A stretch of 64,000 bases of DNA from Candidatus Nezhaarchaeales archaeon (GCA_038887515.1 JAWAKK010000002.1:310803-374802), one strand, 5' to 3'. Numbered from the stretch's first letter, positions 9,779 through 19,818 are shown. Numbers and translations: made by a program. The notes: generated by a model not told the origin, from the sequence alone.

Positions 9779-10981
9779 TATCTTCAGCTATAAGCTTTGA
9801 AATCTCTTTTTCGAGTAAAAATGCCGGTATTATTGGTAAGCCTATAAGCGTCGTTCTACCTCTACCTACGCTGGTGACTTTGGTGGCTAAGAGGCCCATT
9901 CTTTCTAAGCTCTTAATAATCTTCCAGAACTGCGTGTGCTTTTTGGCTTTAAGCCCCCAAAGCTCGCATTCACTTCGATACTTTTCTTCAAGACCTCCAA
10001 TTCTTACGTATGCCATGCCTTTCTTTAACTCTTTTGCGAGAGCCAATAAAACTAATTTCTCGTCAACTAACAGGCTCTTTAAATCTTCAATCCTAATAGC
10101 TGGATGTATGAAGCTACTGGCTTCCCTTACATCGTCAGGAGTTACTTCTCCTCTCCCCCTAACGTCGGCTATCTTGCCAGCTCGCCATAGTAACTCTATG
10201 GCAAGCCTAGCATCGCCACTACCTCCTCTATCGACACCAACATTGTCAGCTATGACCTCTAAGGCATCGTACGAAACCGCCCCTTCTCTAAACGCTAACT
10301 TAACTCTTTCCTGTAAAATCGCGGCTATCTGATGAGAGGTGTAGGGCTCGAACTCTATTATGTTCCTTGTAAGGCTACTTTTGACAACATCGTCTAGTTC
10401 GTAAATAAAGTCTTTGCTCCTCGAAATAAGGATCAATCCTACTTTAACGTTGCTATCGTCATGTCCTTCAAGTATCCTAACTAAGTTGTAGAGAGAATCT
10501 TGTCCAGCCGTCTTTACGAAGTAGTGAATTTCGTCAAGTACTAATATCGTTGAAACTTGCTTTTCTTCAAGCAGCAGAACTATTATTTTAAGAATTTCTT
10601 GTGGAGATAATCCTCTACTAGGCATCGATGGTGCTAAAGTCTCTATAATTCTTTGGCTTATGAGAAAAAGGGTTCTCTCACGATAACAATTTACGTACGT
10701 GAACTTGAAACTTTTATTTCTCTTCTTAAATTCTTCTTCCACGATTTTCCCAAAAAGTTTAGCAGTTGCCGTTTTTCCAGTCCCAACATTCCCGATCAAG
10801 AGGGCTTTTTGACAAAAACCCCCTCTCCTTCAATCATGTATCTAAAGAAGTTCGTCAACGTCTTCAACTGTCCTTCTCTATAAGGTAAGCTTGGAGGTAT
10901 GTACTCAAACGAGAGGGCCTTTTCGTTTTTAAATACTGACTTAGCTATTAAATTCAGGTCTTCAGAGTTCATGCGTAGCAC
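9735..10981 (-). CDS. cdc6: Orc1/Cdc6 replication initiator, split by a -1 frameshift near 10806-10818
   Basis: N-terminal ORF (LSFEYIPPSLPYREGQ) joins GNVGTGKT, YVNC, VLDEI, GDAR and wHTH in the next frame. Confidence 0.88.
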
Positions 10982-11047
10982 CGCATACTACTTATCATAT
11001 CATCCTTCGACGTCAATATAAACCCACAAATCGGTAGGACGAATAGT

Positions 11048-11500
11048 TTATGTTCGACACTGGTCCTCAATTAATGACAACCCTGCAACGTCCCAAACGA
11101 CTTCAATAATGAGCGTCCTATCTCCGCCAATAAGCTTAAGGCTATCCATTACGATATTGGATAGTTCATTTTCACTGACTCTAAGGTAATCTCCGCGTAC
11201 CCTACTTTCGACCTTCACTTCTTTTAAGCCTCCTAGGACTCTACGGGCCGAAGCTACGATATCTCTAATTCTTGTTGGAGAAGCGTCATCAAACTTCACT
11301 AACCTATGGACCCTCGTAAGTTTATTCAGTAGAAGTTCCACCAATTGACGGCCTGGCAATCTTGACCATAGAAGTACGATACCTCTCTTATTGAAAGCCC
11401 TTACGTAAGCATTTACGTCGTAAGGAAACACAGCGTCGATGATCTCCCATGCCGTCCAGCGTTCCTTGCCTACATCAGTAGTTGCCATAAGTCTCCACAT
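11048..11500 (-). CDS. THUMP-like domain protein
   Basis: LMATTDVGKE N-terminus, V..RVRG and LIIEVV..VAGLS tail resemble archaeal THUMP proteins. Confidence 0.55.
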   Translation of the reverse strand: MWRLMATTDVGKERWTAWEIIDAVFPYDVNAYVRAFNKRGIVLLWSRLPGRQLVELLLNKLTRVHRLVKFDDASPTRIRDIVASARRVLGGLKEVKVESRVRGDYLRVSENELSNIVMDSLKLIGGDRTLIIEVVWDVAGLSLIEDQCRT

Positions 11501-11552
11501 GGTTGGAAACCTATATCTTTAAAGCGGGGCAGGGAAAAAAGGTATCTATAGA

Positions 11553-11606
11553 ATGATGAAAGGGTAGGTTTGCGAGGCAATCGATGAACTTCAACCCCGA
11601 TGCTGA
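11553..11606 (+). ncRNA. C/D-box sRNA candidate
   Basis: C ATGATGA, guide AAGGGTAGGTTT, D' GCGA, C' TCGATGA, guide ACTTCAACCCCGATG, D CTGA; TTTAAA about 30 nt upstream. Confidence 0.7.
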
Positions 11607-11635
11607 TGATCCCTTTTTAGGTTGTGTGAGGAATC

Positions 11636-12712
11636 GTGTTGTGCTACGTGCTGACAACGGGTAAGTGTAACTTAAAATGCGATTACTGTGGAGGTAGTTT
11701 TCCTGAAAGTCTTGTACCTTCAACAATAAAGTATGGAGTAATAGATTTGAATAACTTTCTAAGTTGCGTCGAAAACGTTACGATAGCTTTTTACGGAGGA
11801 GAACCACTCATAAACTCCTCATGGATAATGAAGGTTATGAATAGAGTAGAGGCAAAGCACTACGTGATTCAAACTAACGGTCTCTTGATAGACAAACTCC
11901 CCATGGACTACTGGCTTCGCATGAGCGCGGTCCTTCTTTCAATCGACGGAGTGGAAGAGACAACCGACGCTCATAGAGGTAAAGGGGTTTATAAGGCTAT
12001 CATTGAAGCGGCCAAGAAACTTCGAAGCATGTGCTACGAGGGGGACATAATAGCCAGGATGACCCTAACCGAGTCAAGTGACGTCTATAGGGACGTCTTG
12101 CACCTTTTATCTCTAGAAATTTTCGACCATGTCCATTGGCAATTAAATGCCGTTTGGAACCCTAACATGATAGCTTTCAAGCGTTGGGCGACGCGCGACT
12201 ACATACCTAAGCTTAAAGCTTTGGTGGACTTATGGACTTTTAGGGCATTAAAAGGCGAGATCTTGGGGATAGCCCCATTTAAGGCCCTTTCTTATGCAAT
12301 GATAAAGGGCCTTGATCTAGGAAGCCCTCCATGTGGTGCTGGTTGGGCCTCCTTAGCTATAAACACCAATGGTGACGTCCTAGCCTGTCCGATAGCAGTT
12401 GATGTAAAGTGGGCTAGACTTGGAAATGTAAGAGAGTCTTCATGCAATGATCTTCTCGGAGTAGTAAGGATAGGAGAGCCTTGTGTGAGCTGCAACTATA
12501 ACAATTTATGTGGAGGTCGTTGCCTATATGCTTATTACGAGAGGTTATGGGGAGATGAAGGTTTCGGCTTGATGTGTGAAGTCTCTCGAGCACTTATAGA
12601 TAAGCTTCGCCAAGTTAAGCCGGTCATAGAGAAGGCATTGAAGAGTAACGGTGCAAATCTGGAATCTTTAAGGTATCCAACTTTCCCAAATAGCATCGAG
12701 ATAATACCTTAA
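11636..12712 (+). CDS. Radical SAM/SPASM protein, AF0577 (TIGR04084)-like
   Basis: CNLKCDYCGGSF, FYGGEPL, HVHWQLN, SPASM cysteines ending CGGRCLY, EIIP C-terminus. Confidence 0.82.
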   Translation: MLCYVLTTGKCNLKCDYCGGSFPESLVPSTIKYGVIDLNNFLSCVENVTIAFYGGEPLINSSWIMKVMNRVEAKHYVIQTNGLLIDKLPMDYWLRMSAVLLSIDGVEETTDAHRGKGVYKAIIEAAKKLRSMCYEGDIIARMTLTESSDVYRDVLHLLSLEIFDHVHWQLNAVWNPNMIAFKRWATRDYIPKLKALVDLWTFRALKGEILGIAPFKALSYAMIKGLDLGSPPCGAGWASLAINTNGDVLACPIAVDVKWARLGNVRESSCNDLLGVVRIGEPCVSCNYNNLCGGRCLYAYYERLWGDEGFGLMCEVSRALIDKLRQVKPVIEKALKSNGANLESLRYPTFPNSIEIIP

Positions 12713-12820
12713 ACTTTATTATAAGTCGCCCGTCCCGCCTCTATAGGGTCGCATCTTCAATTTAACTCGACGGCTTCACCATACGCTCGAGCTTCTCTCG
12801 CCTCTTCTTAAACGTCAGAT

Positions 12821-12877
12821 GGCTCAGCACTCAAGATCCTCTTCATCAGGGTCATAGAGGCCAGAGTCATCATTGCC
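12821..12877 (-). ncRNA. C/D-box sRNA candidate
   Basis: Minus strand GGCA-ATGATGA-CTCTGGCCTCT-ATGA-CCC-TGATGA-AGAGGATCTTGAGTG-CTGA-GCC with terminal GGC/GCC stem. Confidence 0.8.
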
Positions 12878-12912
12878 TAAATAAAATACCTCTTCCTCCT
12901 CCTCAAAATTCT

Positions 12913-13578
12913 TTACTCCCTATTATAAGGGCATACCCTTTGGCACTGTGAACATAGGATTAAAGTCCTTTCGGTAGGCTTTTTTAGAAGCTTTGAGGCG
13001 ACTTCTACAACGTCTTCGTCCACCTCTCTCGGTGGGGGAGATAAGGAGTTCACGCACCTCCTTGAGTCAACCTTGTAGGGCACCCTTATGGCTTGTAGGG
13101 GGCATGCCTTCATGCATGCATCGCATTTACCACATAAATCTTCTTCAAATGGCAAGTCAGGTTCAATATCGGCATCAGTAATAACGCATGTAAATCTAAT
13201 CTTAGAGCCAAAACGCGGATTTACAATTAACGAATTTTTGCCGTAACATCCAGCCCCAGCCTTAACAGCTATTTGCTTTAAAGGTAGATCGTAAGGCACA
13301 TGTTTAGCTTTGAATCCTAAGTCCCTTAAATAAAGGCATAGTTTAAGCGCTTTTCCTGTTAGGATAAGCTCATAAACATAGTAAACGTCAATACTGCCAT
13401 CTTTCACCCTAAAGATGGCCATGTCAAATGCCTCGTCCCAAACTTCGATCCCCAACAATATTATAGTTCTAGCCCAAGCTTCGACAAAATCTTTAAAGTC
13501 TTTTACCGAAGCGAAACCCACGAACTCAAGACCTAAAACTTCAATGGCATATCCACGAAGCTCCTCTTTCAAGGACAT
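12913..13578 (-). CDS. QueG/reductive-dehalogenase-like 2x[4Fe-4S] protein
   Basis: LK..AVKAG.G.YGKNSLIVNP.FGS, CGKCDACMKACP, CSQCQRVCP. Confidence 0.78.
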   Translation of the reverse strand: MSLKEELRGYAIEVLGLEFVGFASVKDFKDFVEAWARTIILLGIEVWDEAFDMAIFRVKDGSIDVYYVYELILTGKALKLCLYLRDLGFKAKHVPYDLPLKQIAVKAGAGCYGKNSLIVNPRFGSKIRFTCVITDADIEPDLPFEEDLCGKCDACMKACPLQAIRVPYKVDSRRCVNSLSPPPREVDEDVVEVASKLLKKPTERTLILCSQCQRVCPYNRE

Positions 13579-13717
13579 GAAATCAGCCTCAAACCCTATC
13601 CTTAAACTATCTAAGCATTATTATGAAGTAACTTAATAAATCCTATTGAAAGGACCTTAAAAGACGCGGTTAGCTTAACATAGAACTGGTTTGAGGAATT
13701 ACCCCTAATGGTTAAGG

Positions 13718-13805
13718 TGGTGCGGGGGGTGGGATTTGAACCCACGCAGGCCTACGCCACAGGGTCCTAAGCCCTGCGCCTTTGACCTAGCTCGGCCACC
13801 CCCGC
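13718..13805 (-). tRNA. tRNA-Leu(TAG), CCA encoded
   Basis: GCGGGGG acceptor, CAGGG-CTTAGGA-CCCTG, long variable arm. Confidence 0.96.
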
Positions 13806-13873
13806 TTGTCCCTCTTGTGTGTATAGCGTTTGATATTTATTTTTGTTTTATGTTGTTGAGGGACAGACAGGCC

Positions 13874-14769
13874 GTGAAAGCCATTATTTCTAGAGACGTA
13901 TGGAAGACGTATAAGAATGGTGTGACAGCTCTGAAAGGAGTTTCATTTAGCGTAGATAAGGGTAAGGTAGTCGCAATCTTGGGGAGGAATGGTGCTGGTA
14001 AGACTACTTGGATAAAAATAGCTTCTACTCAACTTCTACCTACTCAAGGAACAGTTGAGATCTTGGGATATGACGTCGTCTCTAACCCTTGGAATGTAAG
14101 AGAGCTCATCGCTACAGTCCCTCAAGAGGGATCTCCGCTAGACGTACTAACTCCTTTCGAATTCGTATATTCATACCTTTTGATTAGGGGTTATGAGAGA
14201 GCCGAGGCTAAGGAGAGGAGCTACGAGGTTCTTGAACTCTTAGAGCTCAAACCTTACGAGAAAGTTACTATCGGCGAGCTTTCTGGCGGGCTTAAGAGAA
14301 GAGTGATGGTTGCAACAGTGCTAGCCTCTGGGGCTGAAGTCATGTTCTTAGATGAGCCTACCACGGGGCTTGACCCCCTAGCCCGAAGAAGTGTCTGGAA
14401 GGCTTTAAGGGAGGCTAAGAGGCTTGGTGGAACTATGCTTTTGACGACCCACTATATGGATGAGGTCGAGAGCTTAGCCGACAACATTGTCATAATTCAT
14501 GACGGTAAGCTCATGTTCACGGGATCCATAGAGGATGCTAGAAAGCTATCGGTTACAAGCTTAAGGTCGAGGTTTACGGCGAACTAGAAGCTGGAGGCTA
14601 CGATTATTTGAATATTAGAGGTACGACTATTTTTTATGTCGAGGATGGCGAGGCTGAAGAAATCCTCAAGAAAGCTATGGCGAGAGGTTATGATGCAACA
14701 ATAAGGGCCACAAGCCTTGAAGACTTATTCATTAGATTGACAGGTGAGAAGATTGAGGAAGGGAGTTAA
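13874..14769 (+). CDS. ABC-2 type exporter ATPase with -1 frameshift near 14542-14545
   Basis: GRNGAGKT, LSGG, LDEPTTGLD, TTHYM; -1 frame continues IGYKLKVEV...TSLEDLFIRLTGEKIEEGS. Confidence 0.82.
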
Positions 14770-15505
14770 TAGGCAGTTGGTCGCAATATTGACGATAACG
14801 TGGGTTGACGGCGTTTTAGCGTTGAAGAGGGTCCCGCTTTGGGTCATCTCGTACCTGTTAATGCCGATGACCTTACTATTTTTCTCGTCCATATATGGAA
14901 ACGGCTCGATGTCGAGGTTCGCAATTATAGGAGGAATAATAATGATAGCTGCTAGCAACGGCGTGGCAGTGCTTGGAGATGCGGCGTTTTATAGGATTTA
15001 CATCAAATTTCAAGACCTGTTGGTAGCAACCCCCATAAGGCCCTTAAGCTATATAATGGGGTTATCGCTATCCATGCTTATCTTTGCCGCACCGGGGCTA
15101 GCCCTCTTCATAGCGTTGGCGTGGCTTTCGGGGATGCTAACATCGCTCTTCTCGCTGGTTCTAGTAGCATGTTTGGCAATGGTATGGGCATCTTCGTCCT
15201 TCATGGGCTTCATGGTATCAACGTTCTTTCATCACTTAAGGCATGTATGGCCACTCGCGTCAATATTATCGCTCTCACTAAGTATTTTACCTCCAGTATA
15301 CTATCCAGCCACTATATTCCCACAGGGTTACCAGTGGATCGGAGCGCTAGCCCCTACAGGGGCAGCAGCTATGATTCTACACAGTGTAGCAGGTCTAATT
15401 GAGCTAGAAACTTCAGCCCTAGTTGTATCGATAGTGTCCTTGATTTCCTACACCATGTTGTTCATGTTACTTTCTCTATTTAAAATTAGGTGGAGAGAAA
15501 AGTAG
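14744..15505 (+). CDS. ABC-2 type permease
   Basis: About 6 hydrophobic segments, LLVATPI and PPVYYP motifs, coupled to the ATPase. Confidence 0.82.
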   Translation: MRRLRKGVNRQLVAILTITWVDGVLALKRVPLWVISYLLMPMTLLFFSSIYGNGSMSRFAIIGGIIMIAASNGVAVLGDAAFYRIYIKFQDLLVATPIRPLSYIMGLSLSMLIFAAPGLALFIALAWLSGMLTSLFSLVLVACLAMVWASSSFMGFMVSTFFHHLRHVWPLASILSLSLSILPPVYYPATIFPQGYQWIGALAPTGAAAMILHSVAGLIELETSALVVSIVSLISYTMLFMLLSLFKIRWREK

Positions 15506-15832
15506 CTAAACGCCCTCAATAACATATTTAAGAACTCTAGCGATGTAGGTGCCGTTCGTCGTTCTGTAATACCAAGCTGGCTGGAAGGGGTCTTCTCCTT
15601 TACTAGCCACGTTAACGGCTGTTTTCCAGCACTTTTCTAGGACCTTTCTCGTTATTACGCGGACACTACCGGTGGACTCCAATTTAATAAAAAGGGCGTC
15701 GCCATCAATCCAAGCAGTAAACTTAGATCTGCCTGTAGGTGAGGAAAGCTCAAGAGGTTTAGAGAAAAGTGCAGATATTAGAGACCACACGTCCTCAAAA
15801 TCCATGCCAACTATCTTGTTATTTAAGCTCAT
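15506..15832 (-). CDS. Hypothetical protein
   Basis: 108-aa ORF with ATG and protein-like composition; family not recognised. Confidence 0.5.
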   Translation of the reverse strand: MSLNNKIVGMDFEDVWSLISALFSKPLELSSPTGRSKFTAWIDGDALFIKLESTGSVRVITRKVLEKCWKTAVNVASKGEDPFQPAWYYRTTNGTYIARVLKYVIEGV

Positions 15833-16076
15833 AATAATCTAAAAAATAATAACAGTAATACCTTAAAGAAGATTTTTGCAAGTAGCGTTGGCTAGACTAG
15901 ATGTGCTAAAATCGATTACATAGAGATCAAGTTGGTTTAGACGTAAATGGAACGGGTTCGTAAAGTTGAGATAGGATATTTAAAGAGGCAAGGTGTACAG
16001 TCAACGTATACTTGAGCTTTTGAGTGTAGGATCATAGGTTACCTTTATACCTACCTGGACAAAATAAAAAGGCACA

Positions 16077-16151
16077 GCCCCCGTAGTATAGCCCGGTCAA
16101 GTATGCAGGCCTCTCGAGCCTGCGGCCCGGGTTCAAATCCCGGCGGGGGCA
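16077..16151 (+). tRNA. tRNA-Glu(CTC)
   Basis: GCCCCCG/CGGGGGC acceptor, CAGGC-CTCTCGA-GCCTG. Confidence 0.96.
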
Positions 16152-16424
16152 CTAAAGATAAAATTATTTTGAAAGTTCTATCAGTCCATCATCAAATTAT
16201 GAATTTCAAACCTATGATTAAACTTTATGAAGGCTAGAAATTTTAGGTGTTAAATGCAGATTACCGTTTTACTAGACGTTAAGGTGAAGAACTTTTAAAT
16301 ACGTATGTTGTGATGTATAACTCCTCCACGAGAGGGTTGAAGTCATGGGTATCACTATACTTAAAACTTTTATTGAGGCCGTACACGCGTCGTTTGGTTG
16401 CGAGGTTTTTGGAGTTGAGCTAAG

Positions 16425-17000
16425 TTGATTGACGACATTGTTAGAGCATTCATATCGCTATTCGTAATCATGAACCCCTTCGCCAGCATTCCAATATTCC
16501 TAGCGGTTGCAAAGGAAAAAGACGTAAATAAAGCTACAACACAAGCAGTATCGGTTGCAGCCGCCGTTCTATTTACATTCTTGTTCTTCGGCCCTTTGGT
16601 ACTAGCAGCTTTTGGCATAACGCTCAATTCCTTAAAGGTGGCAGGCGGTCTAGTGCTTGGAATTTTAGGCATTCAGCTCGTACTTGGGCAGAAACTCTTT
16701 GAAAAGGATAAGAAGTATCCTCCTGCCCTAACTTTAATAGGAACTCCTATGCTAACTGGACCAGGAGTTATAACCATGACTATGATCCTTACTAAGGAAT
16801 ATGGTTACATAGTAACTACATGCGCTGCTGTAGCGTCCTTAACCCTAAGTTGGCTTGTGCTAAGAGCCTCAGGCTTCATAGAGAGGGCCGTGGGAGGGAA
16901 TGTGATAGATATAGTGTCAAGAGTCATGGGGCTCTTAGTAACCGCTACGGCAGTCGAGCTAGTTGTAGGCGGGATCACGGCTATGCTCAAGGGGGTTTAG
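16425..17000 (+). CDS. MarC family membrane protein
   Basis: LFVIMNPF..IP.F, KVAGG.VL, PMLTGPG, SRVMGLL. Confidence 0.88.
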   Translation: MIDDIVRAFISLFVIMNPFASIPIFLAVAKEKDVNKATTQAVSVAAAVLFTFLFFGPLVLAAFGITLNSLKVAGGLVLGILGIQLVLGQKLFEKDKKYPPALTLIGTPMLTGPGVITMTMILTKEYGYIVTTCAAVASLTLSWLVLRASGFIERAVGGNVIDIVSRVMGLLVTATAVELVVGGITAMLKGV

Positions 17001-17308
17001 AACGTCCCGACGCTAATTATTTAGGCGAATAACCACTTTGGCTGTTGCTGTTAGATATTTTACCGCTTCTTTGGGCAATAACGCTCACTTTATACTTAAA
17101 GCTCTTGTACTTGTTGAGGTTCTCAAAACTTTTGCCCGCTTTAGTTCGCCAGGCAGAACTAATAAACCATAGCCTGATGTCCTATACCGATGTTATGGCT
17201 CAAGTAGTATTGGTTTAGATTAAGTTTATTATAAGGTTTTTCTGATCTTAACCTTCATTGGTATGATTTATTTTATTGTTCAGGCATTACTTCTACCGGT
17301 GTTTGGTT

Positions 17309-18502
17309 ATGGTTATTAAGTGCATAACAAATGGCGTTTTTTATGTAGGCGTTGACGATTTGGGGCTCGACATTTTTGAGTCTCTGTGGCCGTTACCTCA
17401 TGGAGTTTCCTATAATAGCTACCTAATTATAGGCCGTGAGAAGACGGCTTTAATAGATACTGTTGATGCTAGGTGCTCTCAAGAGTTTTTAGACAAAGTA
17501 ACCGAAGCCCTTAGAGATCGAGAATTAGACTACATCGTTTTAAATCACATGGAACAAGACCACAGCGGCTCTCTTCCAAGAGTCTTGGAGGCATACCCTG
17601 ATGCAACCGTCGTCGGAACCCCTATGACCACAAATATGGTAAAGAGTTTTTACGGTGTAACGTGCAGGAGTATGGCTGTTAAGGACGGCGATACAATAAA
17701 TCTTGGAGGCAAGACTCTAAAGTTCATTCACGCTCCTTGGCTCCACTGGCCTGAAACTATGGTCACCTACCTCCTTGAAGATCGCATACTCTTCACTTGT
17801 GACGCTTTTGGATCTTTTGGTGCACTGAGAGGCAAGCTGTTCGACGAAGAGATTGATATGAGCCTTTACTTGGATGAAGCTAAGAGGTACTTCTCTAACA
17901 TAGTAGCTCCAGTAGCTGACTACGTACTAAAAGCTATAGAGAAAATTGAAAATTATGGATTAGAAATAAATGTTTTAGCTCCAAGTCATGGACCTCTGTA
18001 CAGGAGACCTCACGAAATAATTAAGTCCTATGCAGATTGGAGTAAGCCAGTGCTAAAGCCGAAGGTCGTAATAGCTTATAGCTCTATGTATGGCAACGTG
18101 AAGAAGATGGCCCAGGAGATCGCTAAGGGAGTTGATAGTAAGGGGGTCTTACCAATCCTAATAGACCTAGCAAGAACGCACATAAGTTATGTGTTGAAAG
18201 AAGTCATTGACGCGCCATCAATAGCCGTGGGATCTCCAACATATGATAATACCGTACATCCGCATGTAAAGATGTTCATCGAATACCTTACGATAAAAAG
18301 AATAAAGCAACGCAACATGGGCGTATTTGTCGCGTATGCTTGGGGTAGCAATATTCATAAGAGAATAGTCGAAATGCTTATGGCTCAAGGTAATGATATC
18401 GTAGAGCCTGTTATAGCAACTAGAGCATCCCCGACTGAAGAAACTTTAAAGCAATGTAGGGAGCTCGGCGAAAAGTTAGCTGAAAAGAGCGCCAAATTTT
18501 AA
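17309..18502 (+). CDS. fprA: Flavodiiron protein (FprA/ROO)
   Basis: YNSYLI, HMEQDHSG, HWPE, CDAFG, PSHG, SMYGN flavodoxin motif. Confidence 0.92.
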   Translation: MVIKCITNGVFYVGVDDLGLDIFESLWPLPHGVSYNSYLIIGREKTALIDTVDARCSQEFLDKVTEALRDRELDYIVLNHMEQDHSGSLPRVLEAYPDATVVGTPMTTNMVKSFYGVTCRSMAVKDGDTINLGGKTLKFIHAPWLHWPETMVTYLLEDRILFTCDAFGSFGALRGKLFDEEIDMSLYLDEAKRYFSNIVAPVADYVLKAIEKIENYGLEINVLAPSHGPLYRRPHEIIKSYADWSKPVLKPKVVIAYSSMYGNVKKMAQEIAKGVDSKGVLPILIDLARTHISYVLKEVIDAPSIAVGSPTYDNTVHPHVKMFIEYLTIKRIKQRNMGVFVAYAWGSNIHKRIVEMLMAQGNDIVEPVIATRASPTEETLKQCRELGEKLAEKSAKF

Positions 18503-18605
18503 GTCCATGCTTTTTCATCCATCTTCGAAATGATAATATTATTTTCGGCAACGTAGGCCATAAATACGATACCAAGCTTATCAACAAGCCCCTTACAGGA
18601 AGTAG

Positions 18606-18680
18606 TGCGGCCGCCGGGATTTGAACCCGGGTCGCAGGCTCGGGAGGCCTGTGTCCTAGTCCAGGCTAGACGACGGCCGC
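18606..18680 (-). tRNA. tRNA-Gly(CCC)
   Basis: GCGGCCG/CGGCCGC acceptor, CAGGC-CTCCCGA-GCCTG. Confidence 0.96.
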
Positions 18681-18789
18681 TTCTAAGGCTTCTTAAATTT
18701 GGAGGTGTGGTTTAAGCTTTGCTTTGATGTTTGTCTGTGAAGCTAGATTTTTATTTTTTTGCGTTCGTTGTTTGTTTAGGTGCCCATGA

Positions 18790-19308
18790 ATGGGAGAAGA
18801 TTGGTTTGACGAATGGTTTAATATATCGAGAAAGAAGAGTCCCTTTGATAAGTTCTTTGAAGACACTTTTGATTTCGAAGAAATAATGAAAGAATTTGAA
18901 AGGTTCTTTAAGGAAAGCGGGGCTAGGTCTTTCGTTTACGGTTTTAGTGTGACCATGGGCCCCGACGGCAGGCCTGTAGTTAGAGAATTCGGTAACATTA
19001 AACCTTCGAGTCGAGGATTTGTGATTAACGAGGAAGTGGAGCCTCTAATAGATGTTATTGAAGAAAGGGACGTGATAAAGGTATGTGCAGAGATACCTAG
19101 CGTCAACAAAGAGGATATTAAACTTAGGCTGACAGATGACGGTAAACTGATAATTTCGGCCAATACCCCCCAAAAGAAGTACTATAAAGAAGTTGAGCTT
19201 CCAGCCAAGGTAAACCCAGAAAAGGCTAGAGCAACTTACAAAAACGGCGTATTAGAGGTAGTGCTCGAGAAAGTTGAGAAGAAAGGGAAAAGTATAACAG
19301 TAGAGTGA
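18790..19308 (+). CDS. hsp20: Small heat-shock protein Hsp20
   Basis: VYGFSVT.GPDGRP.VREFGN, EPL.DV, ATYKNGVLEV. Confidence 0.93.
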   Translation: MGEDWFDEWFNISRKKSPFDKFFEDTFDFEEIMKEFERFFKESGARSFVYGFSVTMGPDGRPVVREFGNIKPSSRGFVINEEVEPLIDVIEERDVIKVCAEIPSVNKEDIKLRLTDDGKLIISANTPQKKYYKEVELPAKVNPEKARATYKNGVLEVVLEKVEKKGKSITVE

Positions 19309-19345
19309 GATTTTAGAGTCTAACCCCAAGTATGGCGGGTCCGCT

Positions 19346-19792
19346 ATGATCACTAAACGCAGGGAGAAGAAGAGTAGAAAGATGAGGGGATCGAGGGTCT
19401 GTGGATGGGGTAGGACAGGCCAACACAGAAAGCATGGAGGGAAGGGCGGTAGAAGGGGTTCAGGTTTACACAAACATAAATGGACTTACATGGTTAAGTA
19501 CCTCCCGGATTACTTCGGCAAACACGGGTTTAAGAGGCCTAAGTGCCTGCTTAAAGCTATAAAGCCCATAAACGTTGGGTATCTATGCGAGATAGCAGAT
19601 AAACTCGTCGAACTAGGTCTAGCTAAAATTGAAGGTGAAATGTACGTAATTAACATAGAGAAAATAGGTTACAACAAAGTCCTTGGGGAAGGCAAGGTAA
19701 CTAAACCACTTCACGTGGTAACACCGTTAATAAGTGAAGTTGCCAAAGAGAAGATAGAAGCGGCCGGAGGTAAAGTCGTAGTAGTAGAGTAG
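19346..19792 (+). CDS. rpl15: 50S ribosomal protein uL15
   Basis: KKSRKMRGSR.CGWG..GQHR, KVLG.G, EKIEAAGG. Confidence 0.96.
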   Translation: MITKRREKKSRKMRGSRVCGWGRTGQHRKHGGKGGRRGSGLHKHKWTYMVKYLPDYFGKHGFKRPKCLLKAIKPINVGYLCEIADKLVELGLAKIEGEMYVINIEKIGYNKVLGEGKVTKPLHVVTPLISEVAKEKIEAAGGKVVVVE

Positions 19793-19818
19793 AATTTATG
19801 TAGGCAAGGTAGAGCGAG

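Noticed and set aside
10786-10840. BHB-like intron in cdc6 (removing 38 nt would restore the frame)
   Set aside because: Bulges would be 4 nt, and excision would delete the beta strand and first Gly of Walker A
10982-11047. Replication origin (ORB repeats) next to cdc6
   Set aside because: Gap is short and shows no ORB-like repeats
13736-13873. N-terminal extension of the ABC ATPase in the ORF track
   Set aside because: Overlaps antisense tRNA-Leu; homology starts at GTG 13874
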